This document shows, one piece after another, positions 19,222 through 32,395 of a stretch of DNA of 64,000 nt (position 1 is its first letter; each line of letters begins with the position of its first letter). The position numbers and the translations under genes are program-made. This DNA is from Eledone cirrhosa (Eukaryota), in NCBI GenBank assembly GCA_964016885.1, contig OZ024747.1, positions 61,876,001 to 61,940,000 on the forward strand. The letters run 5' to 3'. The notes beneath the pieces were generated by a model. That model searched no databases and was not told the DNA's origin. It worked only from the letters and a program-made list of their open reading frames with translations.

Positions 19222-19441
19222 TTAACCTTTTAGAATTTACATTACTCTATTTACTACTGAATTTTCATGGTAAAGGCTTCGCCTCACATAATTATCTTAC
19301 ATAGTTTATGAAATTTTGATATTATTTATTTTAAGAACAATACCTTAACATCGGTATAGGTGGCTGGTTACAGCCAGTTTGAACAGAAAGAGGTGAGAAA
19401 ATTCTGGCTGGATATGGCTGGTTTAAATGCTAAAGGGTTAA
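19222..19441. mobile_element. TTAA-flanked piggyBac-like MITE, apparently nested in a related older MITE
   Basis: TTAACCTTTTAGAATTTA...TAAATGCTAAAGGGTTAA; same family as 56809-57027. Confidence 0.7.
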
Positions 19442-20588
19442 TGAAATACACAGCCTGTGTTTCAATTAATTTTGAAAATAACTAAACATTTGAAGGAATT
19501 TAATGAAACAATAAAATGTTTCATTAGTAAGCTGATATTTTGATTATTACTTAACAAAAATATCTAATTATGATGGAAGGTTTTAAAATATGGATAAATC
19601 CTGAGCTTGGCTGGTCATGTTTGGAGATTCAGCCAGATCAGTTGGAGACGGTTGCTTCTGACAGGACCTACTGGAAGGAGTGTTTGAGGACTCTGCTCCC
19701 ACAACCCTCTCAGGAATAAATGGGCGAAGAAAAAGGTTTTAGAATATGGATAAACATTTTTAAATTAGTATTTTTGTATTATAAATCCAGAGTCATTTCA
19801 GTGGTTTGGTGTGAAAATGGTTAATGAAAGAGTGAGGAAGATAGAGAGGTATAGAAAGAGATGGTGATAGCTTAGACACATTCTTCTCTTTTAAGTTTCT
19901 ATCTAACACATTTCCTCTCTTATTCCTCCTCAAAATCTTCATGTCTGCTTTTCCATGCTGGCATGGGTTAGACAAGACTTTTTGAGGCAGTGTTTTACAA
20001 CTGGATGCCCTCCACGATACCAAACATTTTCGTCACCTCATAAAACAAGAACATATTGATCAGTGCTTTATGACAGAAGTTTGACCTCAGATGTTTAGAA
20101 CACTAACATACAATTCCATTTTCATTGAGTGGAAAAACCAGCAATGTAGCTTGATTTTAAGTGTAGCATAGTACAAGCATAAAGATTTAAAACGAAGATC
20201 TTTGTGTCAATATAACAATATATTTACACTCTCTTAACACTCACCATTCTCCATACAAACAGAACAAGTCAGTTTGGAAAATTAAAAGAAAGAAATTATT
20301 ACAAAAGAAAAAGAAGAGCTTACAATTTTAAAAGTAGTAAAAAAACAATAATAACATTTTACCTTTTTTTTTCTTTCTTAAAGTGGGAAGCAGTAGTGTT
20401 AAAATTTAATAAGATTCACTTCATGGTGCCAGCTATTTCTATAGCATTGTGAAAATATTCTCACTGTGGAGACAGTTAATCCAAAATAGCAAGAAACCTT
20501 TTACGAAATAAACTGTCTTTTGAATATTTAGTTTGGCTGTGAAATGTCACCTTGGTCGCATTGAATATTGATAAGACTTTACACTTAC

Positions 20589-20795
20589 TTTTGTTCGCTT
20601 GTGGTTTGAGGAAGACTTCTGCAGATGCATAAGCAGAACTAATTGAATCAACAGTGAGAGGCTGTGAGGTTCCCAGATTCTTCAACAGTTCAAAATCACA
20701 TTTTCCAGCAGCAGATGGAGACTCAGAATCCAGACCATTCATCAGATCTAGATAGGCAGTTGAAGCTGAGAGTGGAGTCAAATTGCAATTTGATG
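20589..20795 (-). CDS. RIC1: RIC1 coding exon (ASNCNLTPLS..KPQANK)
   Basis: Polypyrimidine tract and AG at 20796-97, GTAAGT donor at 20587-88. Phase 1 to 1, compatible with both neighbouring exons. Confidence 0.8.
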
Positions 20796-21785
20796 CTATT
20801 TGGTGAGAAAAAAAATAAAAGATAGAAATATTATTGATATTTAATCCACATTCCTTTGTTTTCTTAAAAAAAAATAAATAAAAAAAATTGAATGTTTTTG
20901 ACACTGAACCACCCAAAACTGATGCTGGTTCTCAGATACAAAACTGTTTGCTTTAACCCTTTCATGATCACATGTCTAATGAAATACACTTTATTTTAAT
21001 TAAATAATGAAAAATTTTGAAGGATTTACCAAAATTATTAATTATTTCATTACCAAGATAGTAACTAAATATAAGATTCTTATATAAAATTATGTTGGAA
21101 GATTTTTTATTTAAATTGGAAACCTTTAAAATGGGTGGTTTTATTTCATGGAACCAGTGCCAGTTTTGGCTGGGTTGGTAACTAAAAGGTTAAACTGTGT
21201 GTGTGTGTGTATATATACTTGTCTCTCACATGCTAGCATGGAAGGTGGACGTTAAAAGGCGATGATGATATATATATAAATCTTCCATCATGGTTGTAAG
21301 ACCCTTTGTTAAATTATGTTACAAACAACAACTTAATTAGAAAGTTAGTTATATTACTAAATCTTTTAAAATTTTCTATTTTCTATTTTCTAATAAATTG
21401 AAAATCATGGACAGTTTCTTTCATTAGAAATATGGCAACAAAAGAGTTAAAGTGTTCATATTCATTTTAAAATCTTCCATTATAATTTTATGTAAGGATC
21501 TTTGTAAAACTATGTTCCAAACATTAGCTTAATAATTAGATAGTTATATTACTAAAGCCCTCAGAAATCTTCATTATTCTCTAAATTACTTGAAAATCAT
21601 CAGCAGTGTCTTTTGTTTGACTTATACTAATGAAAAGGTTAAGTTCCCAAAGCATCAAATGATAGCCACTGTTTCAGCAATACATAAATAAATAACAATA
21701 TCCAAATCAAACAAAATCAGTAAAACATATACATACACACACACACATACATATGTATATATATATATACACACACATACATATC

Positions 21786-21828
<43 letters not shown>

Positions 21829-21833
<5 letters not shown>

Positions 21834-22138
21834 TTCAAAATATTAACAAAATAGATATTCTTGTGATCAATATATTTTATTATACATATTTCAGAGGTAC
21901 TGAGTTAAGTTCAACAGTATGTCCTCATCAGATAAAATATGATGAGGACGTACTGTTGAACTTAACTCAGTACCTCTGAGTTGTATAATAAAATATAATT
22001 GATCACAAGAATATCTATTTTGTTAATATTTTGAATTAATATTAATAACTCTGGAAAACCTTTTTCTGTTGAGTGCTTCCAATCTATTGTAAAAATCATT
22101 CTTTGATGTATTCATTAAACCTTGTTTAACTTTTAAAT
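21829..22138 (+). mobile_element. Fold-back hammerhead cassette (same family as 50379-50786)
   Basis: Arms 21829-21930 and 21941-22041 plus a ~95-bp tail, with TA tracts on both sides. Intact minus-strand hammerhead at 21875-21937; the plus copy is damaged. Confidence 0.85.
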
Positions 22139-22152
22139 ATATATTATATATA

Positions 22153-22201
<49 letters not shown>

Positions 22202-22251
22202 TACACATACATATATATATATACGCACACATTCACACATACATATACATT

Positions 22252-22282
<31 letters not shown>

Positions 22283-22510
22283 GCACACTCACATATATTT
22301 ATACACTCAAACACACATACATATATATACTCACACACACATATATATATATACACACAAACACACATACATATATATACTCACACACACATATATATAT
22401 ATACATACACACTCACACATACATATATATACACACACAAACATATACATATATACACACACACGTATATGTACACATACATACATATACAAACTCATAA
22501 ATACATACAC

Positions 22511-22785
22511 ACACATACATATATATATGTGTGTTAAGTATTTCTGTAGAAAAGGTAAAGGACAAAAGAGTGCTCTATGTAGAGTACAGAGCTATTTAAT
22601 TACATAATAAACAACAGAATATAATTATTTCATTACCAAACTTTTCAAGAAACTTGATGATTATTGCAAGAAACATCTAGTTTGTTTGTCAGACAAAATA
22701 ATTACTTTGTCTCATGAACAAACTGGATGTTTCTAGTTTCTTGAAACCTTTGGTAATGAAATAATTATATTGTGTTGTTTACTGT
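22511..22785 (-). mobile_element. Degenerate fold-back cassette with decayed hammerhead-like cores
   Basis: Inverted arms about 22608-22698 and 22705-22782; minus CTGACAA..GAAA and plus CTCATGA..GAAA; flanked by microsatellites. Confidence 0.5.
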
Positions 22786-22808
22786 ATATATATATATATA
22801 TATATATA

Positions 22809-23327
22809 AAGGGAAGTAAGACTCTATACAAAACAGTGGTTATAGAGAAAAGGTGAAATTGGAAATGTCACAAAAAATATATTTTAGGGTGTGTTTTTCT
22901 TTTCTTTGATTTGTCAAAGTGACATTATTTAAAAAATAGTTTTATAATGTATATAAAGTATAATATATAAAGTATTACTGGTTTCGATGTATTAGTAGAA
23001 TTCATCTTATCAAATGTTGAGTATTACAATTATAAAGAATTAATAAGAATTAATAAGAATTAATAAGAATTAATAAGAATTAAAAAGTAAATTTGTTTTC
23101 ATCTTCCTTCTCAACAAGGAAGATGAATAAACTTACCTCTTAATTTTAAATCTTTAATTTACTAATACATTGAAACCGGTAATAATTTATATACTTTATA
23201 TACTTTATAAAACTCTTTTTTAAAAGAATTGTCCCTCTCATTTTTTCAATAATGTCACTTTGACGAATCAAAGAAAGGAAAAAAAAAGAAAAGCAGACCC
23301 TAAAATATATTTTCCGTGTTATTTCCA

Positions 23328-23329
<2 letters not shown>
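22809..23329 (-). mobile_element. Degenerate fold-back cassette
   Basis: Arms about 22858-23000 and 23158-23329 with a central hairpin at 23084-23136. Remnants GAAACCGGTAATA (plus) and TTGATAA-GATG..CATC-GAAACCAGTAATAC (minus). Confidence 0.55.
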
Positions 23330-23417
<88 letters not shown>

Positions 23418-23507
23418 ATATATATATATATATATATTTCGTTTCTGAATTTGCTTAGCAAGATTCTTTATTGGCAACATGCCCCTCCCAAAGCATAACA
23501 ATATATA

Positions 23508-24050
23508 TCATCATCATCATCATCATCAACGTTTAACGTCCGTGTTCCACGCTTGCATGGGTTTGGACGGGGGTAGTCCCACTTGAGGCAAGAGTGATTG
23601 TCTTGCTCGCATAGGACTGTCTGGCAGGTTTTCTACAGTTGGATGCCCTTCCTAACACCAACCACATTTACAGTGTGGGTCTGGGAGGTTTTTACCGTGT
23701 TGCCTACACGGCCACATTACAGCGTGGACTGTGTGTTTTTTTGTCGTGACACCTACACGATCTCATTTGTTTCGGCCTCGATGGCGCGGCACCAACATAA
23801 CTTTACATAGAACGGGGTGGTGTGGATGGGGTGGGGGCGGGGGTGGTGGGACGGGGTGTATTTTGTTAGAGATGCCTACTGGCTGGAGTAGGTTTTACTA
23901 TATATTTAGGTAAGGCGGGTCTTCTCTGTTACTGAGTACCGCCAAAGGTCTCGGTCCAGTGACATTGTCTTGGAGAGGTGTAAGTGTGTGATGTCGGAGT
24001 TTATCAGCTCGTCCCAGGTTTTTCTAGGTCTGCCTATTCCGTGACTACCG

Positions 24051-24053
<3 letters not shown>
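23508..24053 (-). mobile_element. 5'-truncated RTE LINE copy (ORF end, 3' UTR, (ATG)n tail)
   Basis: Near-identical to 24386-24897; flanked by TA repeats. Confidence 0.9.
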
Positions 24054-24098
<45 letters not shown>

Positions 24099-24127
24099 GT
24101 GTATATATATATGTATATATATATGTG

Positions 24128-24174
<47 letters not shown>

Positions 24175-24175
24175 G

Positions 24176-24211
<36 letters not shown>

Positions 24212-24223
24212 TGTATATATATG

Positions 24224-24292
<69 letters not shown>

Positions 24293-24315
24293 GTATGTAT
24301 ATATATGTATATATG

Positions 24316-24348
<33 letters not shown>

Positions 24349-24385
24349 GTATATATATGTATATATATGTATGTATATATATGTA

Positions 24386-27300
24386 TCATCATCATCATCA
24401 TCAACGTTTAACGTCCGTGTTCCACGCTTGCATGGGTTTGGACGGGGGTAGTCCCACTTGAGGCAAGAGTGATTGTCTTGCTCGCATAGGACTGTCTGGC
24501 AGGTTTTCTACAGTTGGATGCCCTTCCTAACACCAACCACATTTACAGTGTGGGTCTGGGAGGTTTTTACCGTGTTGCCTACACGGCCACATTACAGCGT
24601 GGACTGTGTGTTTTTTTGTCGTGACACCTACACGATCTCATTTGTTTCGGCCTGGATGGCGCGGCACCAACATAACTTTACATAGAACGGGGTGGTGTGG
24701 ATGGGGTGGGGGTGGTGGCGGGACGGGGTGTATTTTGTTAGAGATGCTTACTGGCAAGGCGGGTCTTCTCTGTTACTGAGTACCGCCAAAGGTCTCGGTC
24801 CAGTGACATTGTCTTGGAGAGGTGTAAGTGTGTGAGGTCGGAGTTTATCAGCTCATCCCATGTTTTTCTAGGTCTGCCTATTCCGTGGCTACCGTCTATC
24901 TTTATTGCCCTGCACTTTGTTATACAGCTATCGACTTTCATGCGCATCACGTGTCCATACCAACGCAGCCTTCTCTCGAGTAAACAACATCTGATCCCTC
25001 TTATCTCTAATTTTTTCCTTAGTTCGTTTATGCTTTGTCGTTCACGTATATTACTGTTACACATCCAGCGGAGCATGCAAGCTTCGTTCCTCTCTAGTCT
25101 GCGTATATCCTCTGCACACAATGCCCAGGTCTCACTGCCATGCAACATTGCTGTTCGTATGCAGGCATCGTACAACCTGCCTTTCATTTTTAGGGAGAAC
25201 CCTTTAGCAGCTAATAGTGGTATAAGCTCTCTGAACTTTTTCCAACCAGTTCTGACTCTAGCTACAGTACTTTCAGAGCACCCTCCCCCACTGCTGATTT
25301 TATCGCCCAGGTAACGGAAGCTGTCCACTATTTCTATAGAACCCTCTGCGCAATTGAAAGAGCTAGTATTTTGTGGGCACTTGCTGCTACTTATTGCACC
25401 AGAACACCGGCCACATGTAAAATCTATGTTCTTAGTTAGCTTACCTGTGATCCCACTACATCTTTTATGCACCCATACTTTGCATTTAGGACATAAAATG
25501 GAGTTTCTACCTACGCCTTTCCTACACACCGAGCACGACCATTTCCCAGAAGGGACCGCCGCCTTGTTTTCTTTCCTACAAACTAGAACTTTGGTCTTAG
25601 CCAGGTTAATTTTAAGTCCTTTTGACTCTAGGCCGTGCTTCCATGTTTGGAATTTCTTCTCTAGCTCGGCCATTGATTCCGCTATGAGTGTCAGGTCGTC
25701 TGCGTATAGGAGTTCCCATGGGCAGCCTGTCTTGAACTCCTCTGTTATAGCCTGAAGGGCAATAATAAATAGTATGGGGCTGAGAACAGAGCCCTGATGG
25801 ACCCCAACTTTTACGCTAAACTCTTCACTATATTCGTTGTTAATTCTAACCTTGCTGACTGTTTCTTTATACATGGCTTGTATAGCCCTCACAAGCCATT
25901 CGTCAACGCCTAGTTTTCTAAGAGCCCACCAGATAATGGAGCGGGGGACTCTGTCGAAGGCTTTCTCCAGGTCGACAAAAGCTAAGTAGAGGGGTCTACC
26001 TTTAGCTAGGTACTTCTCCTGTAGTTGTCGTACTATGAAAAGGGCGTCTGTGGTGCTTTTGCCTGACACAAACCCGAACTGCATTTCATCTAGGTCAATT
26101 CTCTCTCTGATTAGTTGCGCTATTACTTTTTCCGTGACCTTCATGACCTGGTCGATTAATTTAATGCCTCTATAGTTACTCCTATCTAGGGCGTCTCCTT
26201 TACCCTTATAACAGTTAACGATGATGCTGCTATGCCAGTCCTTCGGAACAACCCCATTCTGTACGACTTGGTTAACTATGCGGGTGACCATGGTGTGTCC
26301 CACCGTGCCAGATGCCTTCAGCATCTCAGCAACTATTTCCGAAGGCCCAGCCGCCTTACCCGTCTTCATATCCTTGATTGCCTTACTTATTATACTCCCC
26401 TCGACTAACACTGCTGGTCCCTCTATCGGGTCGATATGGGGGAGACTGTCTTTCTCCCATTTATTCTCCTCATTTAGTAGCCTTTCATAGTGACACTTCC
26501 AAGCTACCTTCTTATCAGTGTCGGTGATGGCAAGTATGCCATCATCGTTAAGTACACACTTCTCCCCGACAATATCACGGTTTTCCTTGACGCATTGCCT
26601 GGCAATCCTGAACACCTCACGTTTTTGGTCATCGCGTTGTAGAACATGCTTGAACTTTCTTTCCTCAGCTTCCCTTCTTGCTAAGTACACTTCTCTCCTA
26701 GCTTCCCTCCTGGCCACTTGATAGTCTACTCTACTTCCCCCATCCCGCCATACTTTCCAAGCCTGCTTTTTGGCCTTAATTGACCCCTCCACCCTACTGT
26801 TCCACCACCAAGTTACTCTCCTCCTGCCTACAGGCCTGCTCCAGCCACAGACTTCGTCTGTCGCCAACAGCAGGTTTGCTTTCAGAAATTCCCACTGTCC
26901 CTCTATATTGTCCGATTCTAGATGCTCTTCCTTACTGTCGAAAGCATCAAGTAATATGCTTTGAAATTTATTTCTGGCTGTGGGGTCCTTTAGTTTCCAT
27001 ATTTTCCTCCTGAGGATAGTCCTCTTCTGCTGTCGAGTACGTCTCGTCCTGACTATGAGGTCGCTAATTATCAGTCTATGTTGGGAGGTGCATTCTTCAT
27101 GGGGGAGGGATTTAGTGTTTACAACAGACACTCTGTCACGTCTTCTGGTAAGGATATAATCTACCTGGCTTGTGTGTTCCCCTGATCTATAGGTGATCAG
27201 GTGATTGTCACGTTTTTTGAAGTTAGTGTTACAGATAGTTAGGTTATTTGCATCACAGAATTCCAGGATTCTGGAGCCTCCCTCATTTCTAGTACCAAAC

Positions 27301-27698
27301 CCATAGCCTCCATGGATTTCGTCGTAGCCGTCACAATGTTGTCCAACGTGACCATTTAGGTCGCCTGCAATAATTATATAGTCACTGTCAGATATTTGGG
27401 AGGTAGTTAGCAACAGTGTCTCATAGAATCTGTCTTTTATAGTGCCGGGCAGTCCGGATTGGGGTGCGTACGCAGATATTACTGTCACCGTAGTTTTATT
27501 GAGGACAAGTCTTATTTTAATTATTCTGTCGTTCACTCTATTTACGTCTATTATCTTATCTGCCCACTTTTCTGCTACCATGATTCCTACTCCACCCAGC
27601 CCATCGTCGTTTCCCACCCAGAGAAGCTTATAACATCGTTTTTTACCCTCAATGAATCTAGCAGACCCACCCCTCCACCTGGTCTCTTAAATACAACA
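24386..27698 (-). mobile_element. RTE-clade non-LTR retrotransposon, slightly 5'-truncated
   Basis: APE plus RT ORF, 350-bp 3' UTR and (GAT)n tail at 24386-24402. The 5' end stops just before the CCI(Q)ETRW motif at a TA tract. Confidence 0.93.
24738..27617 (-). CDS. RTE AP-endonuclease / reverse transcriptase with PHD-like zinc finger
   Basis: APE motifs [27 protein letters not shown] motifs [34 protein letters not shown], and RTE C-terminus [15 protein letters not shown]. Upstream in-frame CCI*ETRWRGG shows a CAA-to-TAA nonsense change, so this copy is probably non-functional. Confidence 0.92.
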   Translation of the reverse strand: MGNDDGLGGVGIMVAEKWADKIIDVNRVNDRIIKIRLVLNKTTVTVISAYAPQSGLPGTIKDRFYETLLLTTSQISDSDYIIIAGDLNGHVGQHCDGYDEIHGGYGFGTRNEGGSRILEFCDANNLTICNTNFKKRDNHLITYRSGEHTSQVDYILTRRRDRVSVVNTKSLPHEECTSQHRLIISDLIVRTRRTRQQKRTILRRKIWKLKDPTARNKFQSILLDAFDSKEEHLESDNIEGQWEFLKANLLLATDEVCGWSRPVGRRRVTWWWNSRVEGSIKAKKQAWKVWRDGGSRVDYQVARREARREVYLARREAEERKFKHVLQRDDQKREVFRIARQCVKENRDIVGEKCVLNDDGILAITDTDKKVAWKCHYERLLNEENKWEKDSLPHIDPIEGPAVLVEGSIISKAIKDMKTGKAAGPSEIVAEMLKASGTVGHTMVTRIVNQVVQNGVVPKDWHSSIIVNCYKGKGDALDRSNYRGIKLIDQVMKVTEKVIAQLIRERIDLDEMQFGFVSGKSTTDALFIVRQLQEKYLAKGRPLYLAFVDLEKAFDRVPRSIIWWALRKLGVDEWLVRAIQAMYKETVSKVRINNEYSEEFSVKVGVHQGSVLSPILFIIALQAITEEFKTGCPWELLYADDLTLIAESMAELEKKFQTWKHGLESKGLKINLAKTKVLVCRKENKAAVPSGKWSCSVCRKGVGRNSILCPKCKVWVHKRCSGITGKLTKNIDFTCGRCSGAISSSKCPQNTSSFNCAEGSIEIVDSFRYLGDKISSGGGCSESTVARVRTGWKKFRELIPLLAAKGFSLKMKGRLYDACIRTAMLHGSETWALCAEDIRRLERNEACMLRWMCNSNIRERQSINELRKKLEIRGIRCCLLERRLRWYGHVMRMKVDSCITKCRAIKIDGSHGIGRPRKTWDELINSDLTHLHLSKTMSLDRDLWRYSVTEKTRLASKHL

Positions 27699-27768
27699 TA
27701 TATATGTATATATATGTATATATATATATGTATGTATATATATATATATGTATATATATATATGTATG

Positions 27769-27877
<109 letters not shown>

Positions 27878-27903
27878 GTATATATATGTATATATATATA
27901 TGT

Positions 27904-28142
27904 ATCCAGGCCGAAACAAATGAGATCGTGTAGGTGTCACGACAAAAAACACACAGTCCACGCTGTAAAAACCTCCCAGTCCCACACTATAAATGTGGTT
28001 GGTGTTAGGAAGGGCATCCAGCTGTAGAAAACCCGCCAGACAGTCCTATGCGAGCAAGACAACCACTCTTGCCTCAAGTGGGAAAACTCCCGTCCAAACC
28101 CATGCAAGCGTGGAACATGGACGTTAAACGATGATGATGATG

Positions 28143-28148
<6 letters not shown>
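27904..28148 (+). mobile_element. RTE 3' UTR copy, inverted relative to the adjacent LINE
   Basis: Reverse complement of 24386-24657 with a small internal deletion; ends in (GAT)n. Confidence 0.88.
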
Positions 28149-28191
<43 letters not shown>

Positions 28192-28356
28192 GTATGTATA
28201 TATATATATGTATATATATATGTATATATGTATACATATATATATACATCATAATTCACTGAATTAACAACCCAACAAGGAACTGGGCATATCAGAGTAT
28301 TGACAATATTATACACCTAAACAACATATGTACTTGTCTATACCATACTAATTCAA

Positions 28357-28411
28357 ACTGCCTGAAGAGGTCACAGCCAAAGATGGCTGTCACTGAAATA
28401 TATATAGCAGT
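28357..28411 (+). ncRNA. Type I hammerhead ribozyme in an isolated PLE 3' remnant (about 28247-28560)
   Basis: ACTGC-CTGAAGA-GGTCACAGCCA-AAGA-TGGCTGTCACT-GAAA-TATATA-TA-GCAGT then AATAAA. Palindromic stem III; island sits between TA tracts. Confidence 0.9.
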
Positions 28412-28559
28412 AATAAACGAAGCTAAATTTTAATCATTTGACTTTTATTTAACTTTATTTTACACTACTCCGGAGTAACCAAACCAACCTGCGCACTTCG
28501 TCGAGTGCTCCAACCTGCATACTGAGGTGTTGGTATACAACCAACATAAACTCAAAATC

Positions 28560-28607
<48 letters not shown>

Positions 28608-28632
28608 CATATACATACATATACATATATAT

Positions 28633-28667
<35 letters not shown>

Positions 28668-28757
28668 TATATATACATATATATATATTTATATACATAT
28701 ACATACATATACATATATATATATACATATACACATATATATATATATATATACATA

Positions 28758-29062
28758 TAACTTTGAATAACTTGTTTTGGCCAGTACTGGCCCAGGCCAT
28801 GTCTAACTTAATAGCACCACCTGGCGAAGTCTTTCAATTCAGGATTTGGGCACCATGGCCCATTCGAGAAGAGAATTACTGTTTGCGGAGACATATCCGG
28901 GTGTGGGTGGTTTGTCCGGGATTACTTGGAAGAATTTGTCCAAAGACTTCTTGAATTCTGTGTGGTCAGTTTCTGTTTTGATATATTAAAACATTTATAC
29001 TCTGCTATGTATTGAGTACCTTACTTACTGTGGTTACTTTCGATTCAACCCGGAATAACTTA
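28758..29062 (+). mobile_element. Unclassified TA-inserted element sharing its 3' tail with 43056-43235
   Basis: Shared ATTTATACTCTGCTATGTATTGAGTACCTTACTTACTGTGGTTAC..CGATT.AACCCGG tail abutting a microsatellite in both copies. Confidence 0.6.
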
Positions 29063-30210
29063 TATATATATATATATAAACACACACACACAGATATGTA
29101 TATAGACATCCAATTTATTCACACCTATTTTATAGTAAAAAAAAAAATCAAGTGTCATAGTTCTTTGCTTTATAGCAAAAGCACATTTTGAAATAAGAAA
29201 GATCTATCTGTTTGGAATGTATAAACAATACATGGCCACCTGACTCAGAATTTGACAACCTATCCAACCCATGCCTGTATAGAAAACAAAAATAAAATAG
29301 TGAAAATGATGACTTGTGTGTATCTATGTATGTACATATCTATTTAGGAAGCATATATGTATCTGTGTGTGCATGTGTATGTATGCATATGTCTCAATGT
29401 GTGTGTGTATGTCTCTTTAGGAAGCATGTATATATGTATGCATGTTCTGGTTTTATAATTTTATAAATGTTTACCAATAGAGAGAGAGATTGGTTTCTAA
29501 CATAGACACAAGACTCGATCATTGTGATTTACACAACATCAACTAGGTAGATTATGTATGCCTGTTTGCATGCATGCATGCATGTGTGTGTGGATATGGA
29601 TGTTATTGTACGTGTGGATGAGTATGTTTTGAATTATGTATGTATGCATATGTCTGAATGTGTGTATATGTGCATATATATGCATGCATGTATGTATGTC
29701 ACTGTGTGTATGTATGTGAGTACATGTCTTTAGGAAGCATGTATGTGTGAGTGTGTATGTCTGTATATGTCTCTTTAGTATGTATGTATGTATGTATGTA
29801 TGTATGTATGTATGTATGCATATGTGTGTATATGTGCATATATATGTGTGTATATGTGCATATATATGCATGCATGTATGTATGTCACTGTGTGTATGCA
29901 TGTGAGTACATGTCTTTAGGAAGCATGTATGTGTGAGTGTGTATGTCTGTATATGTCTCTTTAGTATGCATGTATATATGTATGTATGCATATGTCTGAA
30001 TGTATGTGCATGCATGTATGTGTGAGTGTGTATGTTTGTGTATATGTCTCTTTAGGATGTATGTATGTATGTATGTATGTATGCATATGTCTGAATGCGT
30101 ATGTATATGCATGTATGTGTGTGTGTGTGTATATGTCTTCTTAGGATGTATGTATGTATGCATATGTCTGAATGTGTATGTATATGCATGTATGTGTGAG
30201 TGTATATGCA

Positions 30211-30263
<53 letters not shown>

Positions 30264-30795
30264 CTTCTTAGGATGTATGTATGTATGCATGTATGAATGT
30301 GTGTGAGTATGTGTATGGATGTGTGTGTATGAGCATGGATGTATGTGGATGTCAGTGTGTATATGCATGTGTGTATATGTCTATTTACGAAGCATGTATA
30401 TAAGTATGTGTGTGTGTGTGTGTATGTATGTATTTACTAATGATAAATGAACCCCCAGCTGAGAGACTGGAATATTCTCAGAGATATTTATACACAGACA
30501 TAGCTATGACTAAATATATTCCTTTGTGTGTTGAATATGGAAAACAGCAAAAACTATGCAAAATAATAACTGAAACAGACAGACAGACACACAGAATGAC
30601 ATATGTACATACAGATGCATTAATGTGTGTATATATATATATATATATATACACATATATATATATATATATACACACATATATATATATACACATATAT
30701 ATATATATACATATGGACATATGTACATACAGATGTATTAATGTGTGTATATATATATATATACATATAGACATATGTACATACAGATGTATTAA

Positions 30796-30849
<54 letters not shown>

Positions 30850-31284
30850 CATACATATGGACATATGTACATACAGATGCACTGATACATAAACAGACAT
30901 GTACACATATTGACACAAACACAAACATACTGACACCACATTGACACATATGTGGGGGGGGGGGGGGAATTAGAAAGCATTTTTCTTTTTAAAAAAAAAC
31001 CTTCCCAAAAACAGAAGTTTCTGAAAATAATTTACTATGAATAATTAATTTGTTTTCTTCACAAAAATGTTCTACTTTCATCTATTTTCAGCTATTCAGA
31101 TCAGTTGATTTATTAAGTGTAGACTTCGTTCCACAAACATGGCACATCTTGTGTTCAATAATTGTTTGTTTCAAAGAATTATCAAATTTTTTATGACTAG
31201 TGGTGGTAATCAAACTGTGACAGTGAACTTTTGAGCTTTGCTAAGCATATGAAAAACCTCCCTAGTTGCTGGTGCAATGATAAT

Positions 31285-32395
31285 GTGCACACTGTACACT
31301 CTATATAGTGGTAATGCTGGTACCACAATAAAATGCACACAGTAGACTGTGAAGTGATAGTGCTGGTGCCACAATAAAATGCCCACAGTAGAACCTGTAA
31401 AGTGATAGTGCTGGTGTCACAATAAAATGTACACAGTAGACCCTGTAAAGTGATAGTGCTGGTGCCACAATAAAATGCACACAATAGACTCTGTGAAGTG
31501 ATAGTGCTGGTGCCACAATAAAATGTACACAGTACACTCTGTGAAGTGATAGTGCCACAATATAATGCACACAGTAGACCCTGGAAAGTGATAGTGCTGG
31601 TGTCACAATAAAATGTACACAGTAGACCCTGTAAAGTGATAGTGCTGGTGCCACAATAAAATGCACACAATAGACTCTGTGAAGTGATAGTGCTGGTGCC
31701 ACAATAAAATGTACACAGTACACTCTGTGAAGTGATAGTGCTGGTGCCACAATAAAATGTACACAGTACACTCTGTGAAGTGATAGTGATGGTGCCACAA
31801 TAAAATGTACACAGTAGACCCTGGAAAGTGATAGTGATGGTGACACAATAAAATGTACACAGTAGACCCTGGAAAGTGATAGTGATGGTGCCACAATAAA
31901 ATGTACACAGTACACTCTGGAAAGTGATAGTGATGGTGCCACAATAAAATGTACACAGTACACTCTGGAAAGTGATAGTGATGGTGCCACAATAAAATGT
32001 ACACAGTACACTCTGTGAAGTGATAGTGATGGTGCCACAATAAAATGTACACAGTACACTCTGGAAAGTGATAGTGATGGTGCCACAATAAAATGTACAC
32101 AGTACACTCTGGAAAGTGATAGTGATGGTGCCACAATAAAATGTACACAGTACACTCTGGAAAGTGATAGTGATGGTGCCACAATAAAATGTACACAGTA
32201 CACTCTGTGAAGTGATAGTGATGGTGCCACAATATAATGCACACAGTACACACTGTGAAGTGATAGTGATGGTGCCACAATATAATGCACACAGTACACA
32301 CTGTGAAGTGATAGTGATGGTGCCACAATATAATGCACACAGTACACACTAACTTGGTAGTGTCTGTGCCACGATAAAATGTACCCAGTACATTT
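31285..32395 (+). repeat. 48-bp minisatellite, about 22 units, derived from an RTE/SINE 3' UTR motif
   Basis: Unit GTGATAGTGATGGTGCCACAATAAAATGTACACAGTACACTCTGGAAA. Followed by AAGGGCATCC..AACCCATGCCAGCATGG..GATGAT, the RTE-type terminus. Confidence 0.88.

Noticed and set aside
24814-27013. Plus-strand ORFs overlapping the RTE
   Set aside because: Antisense shadows of the RTE ORF.
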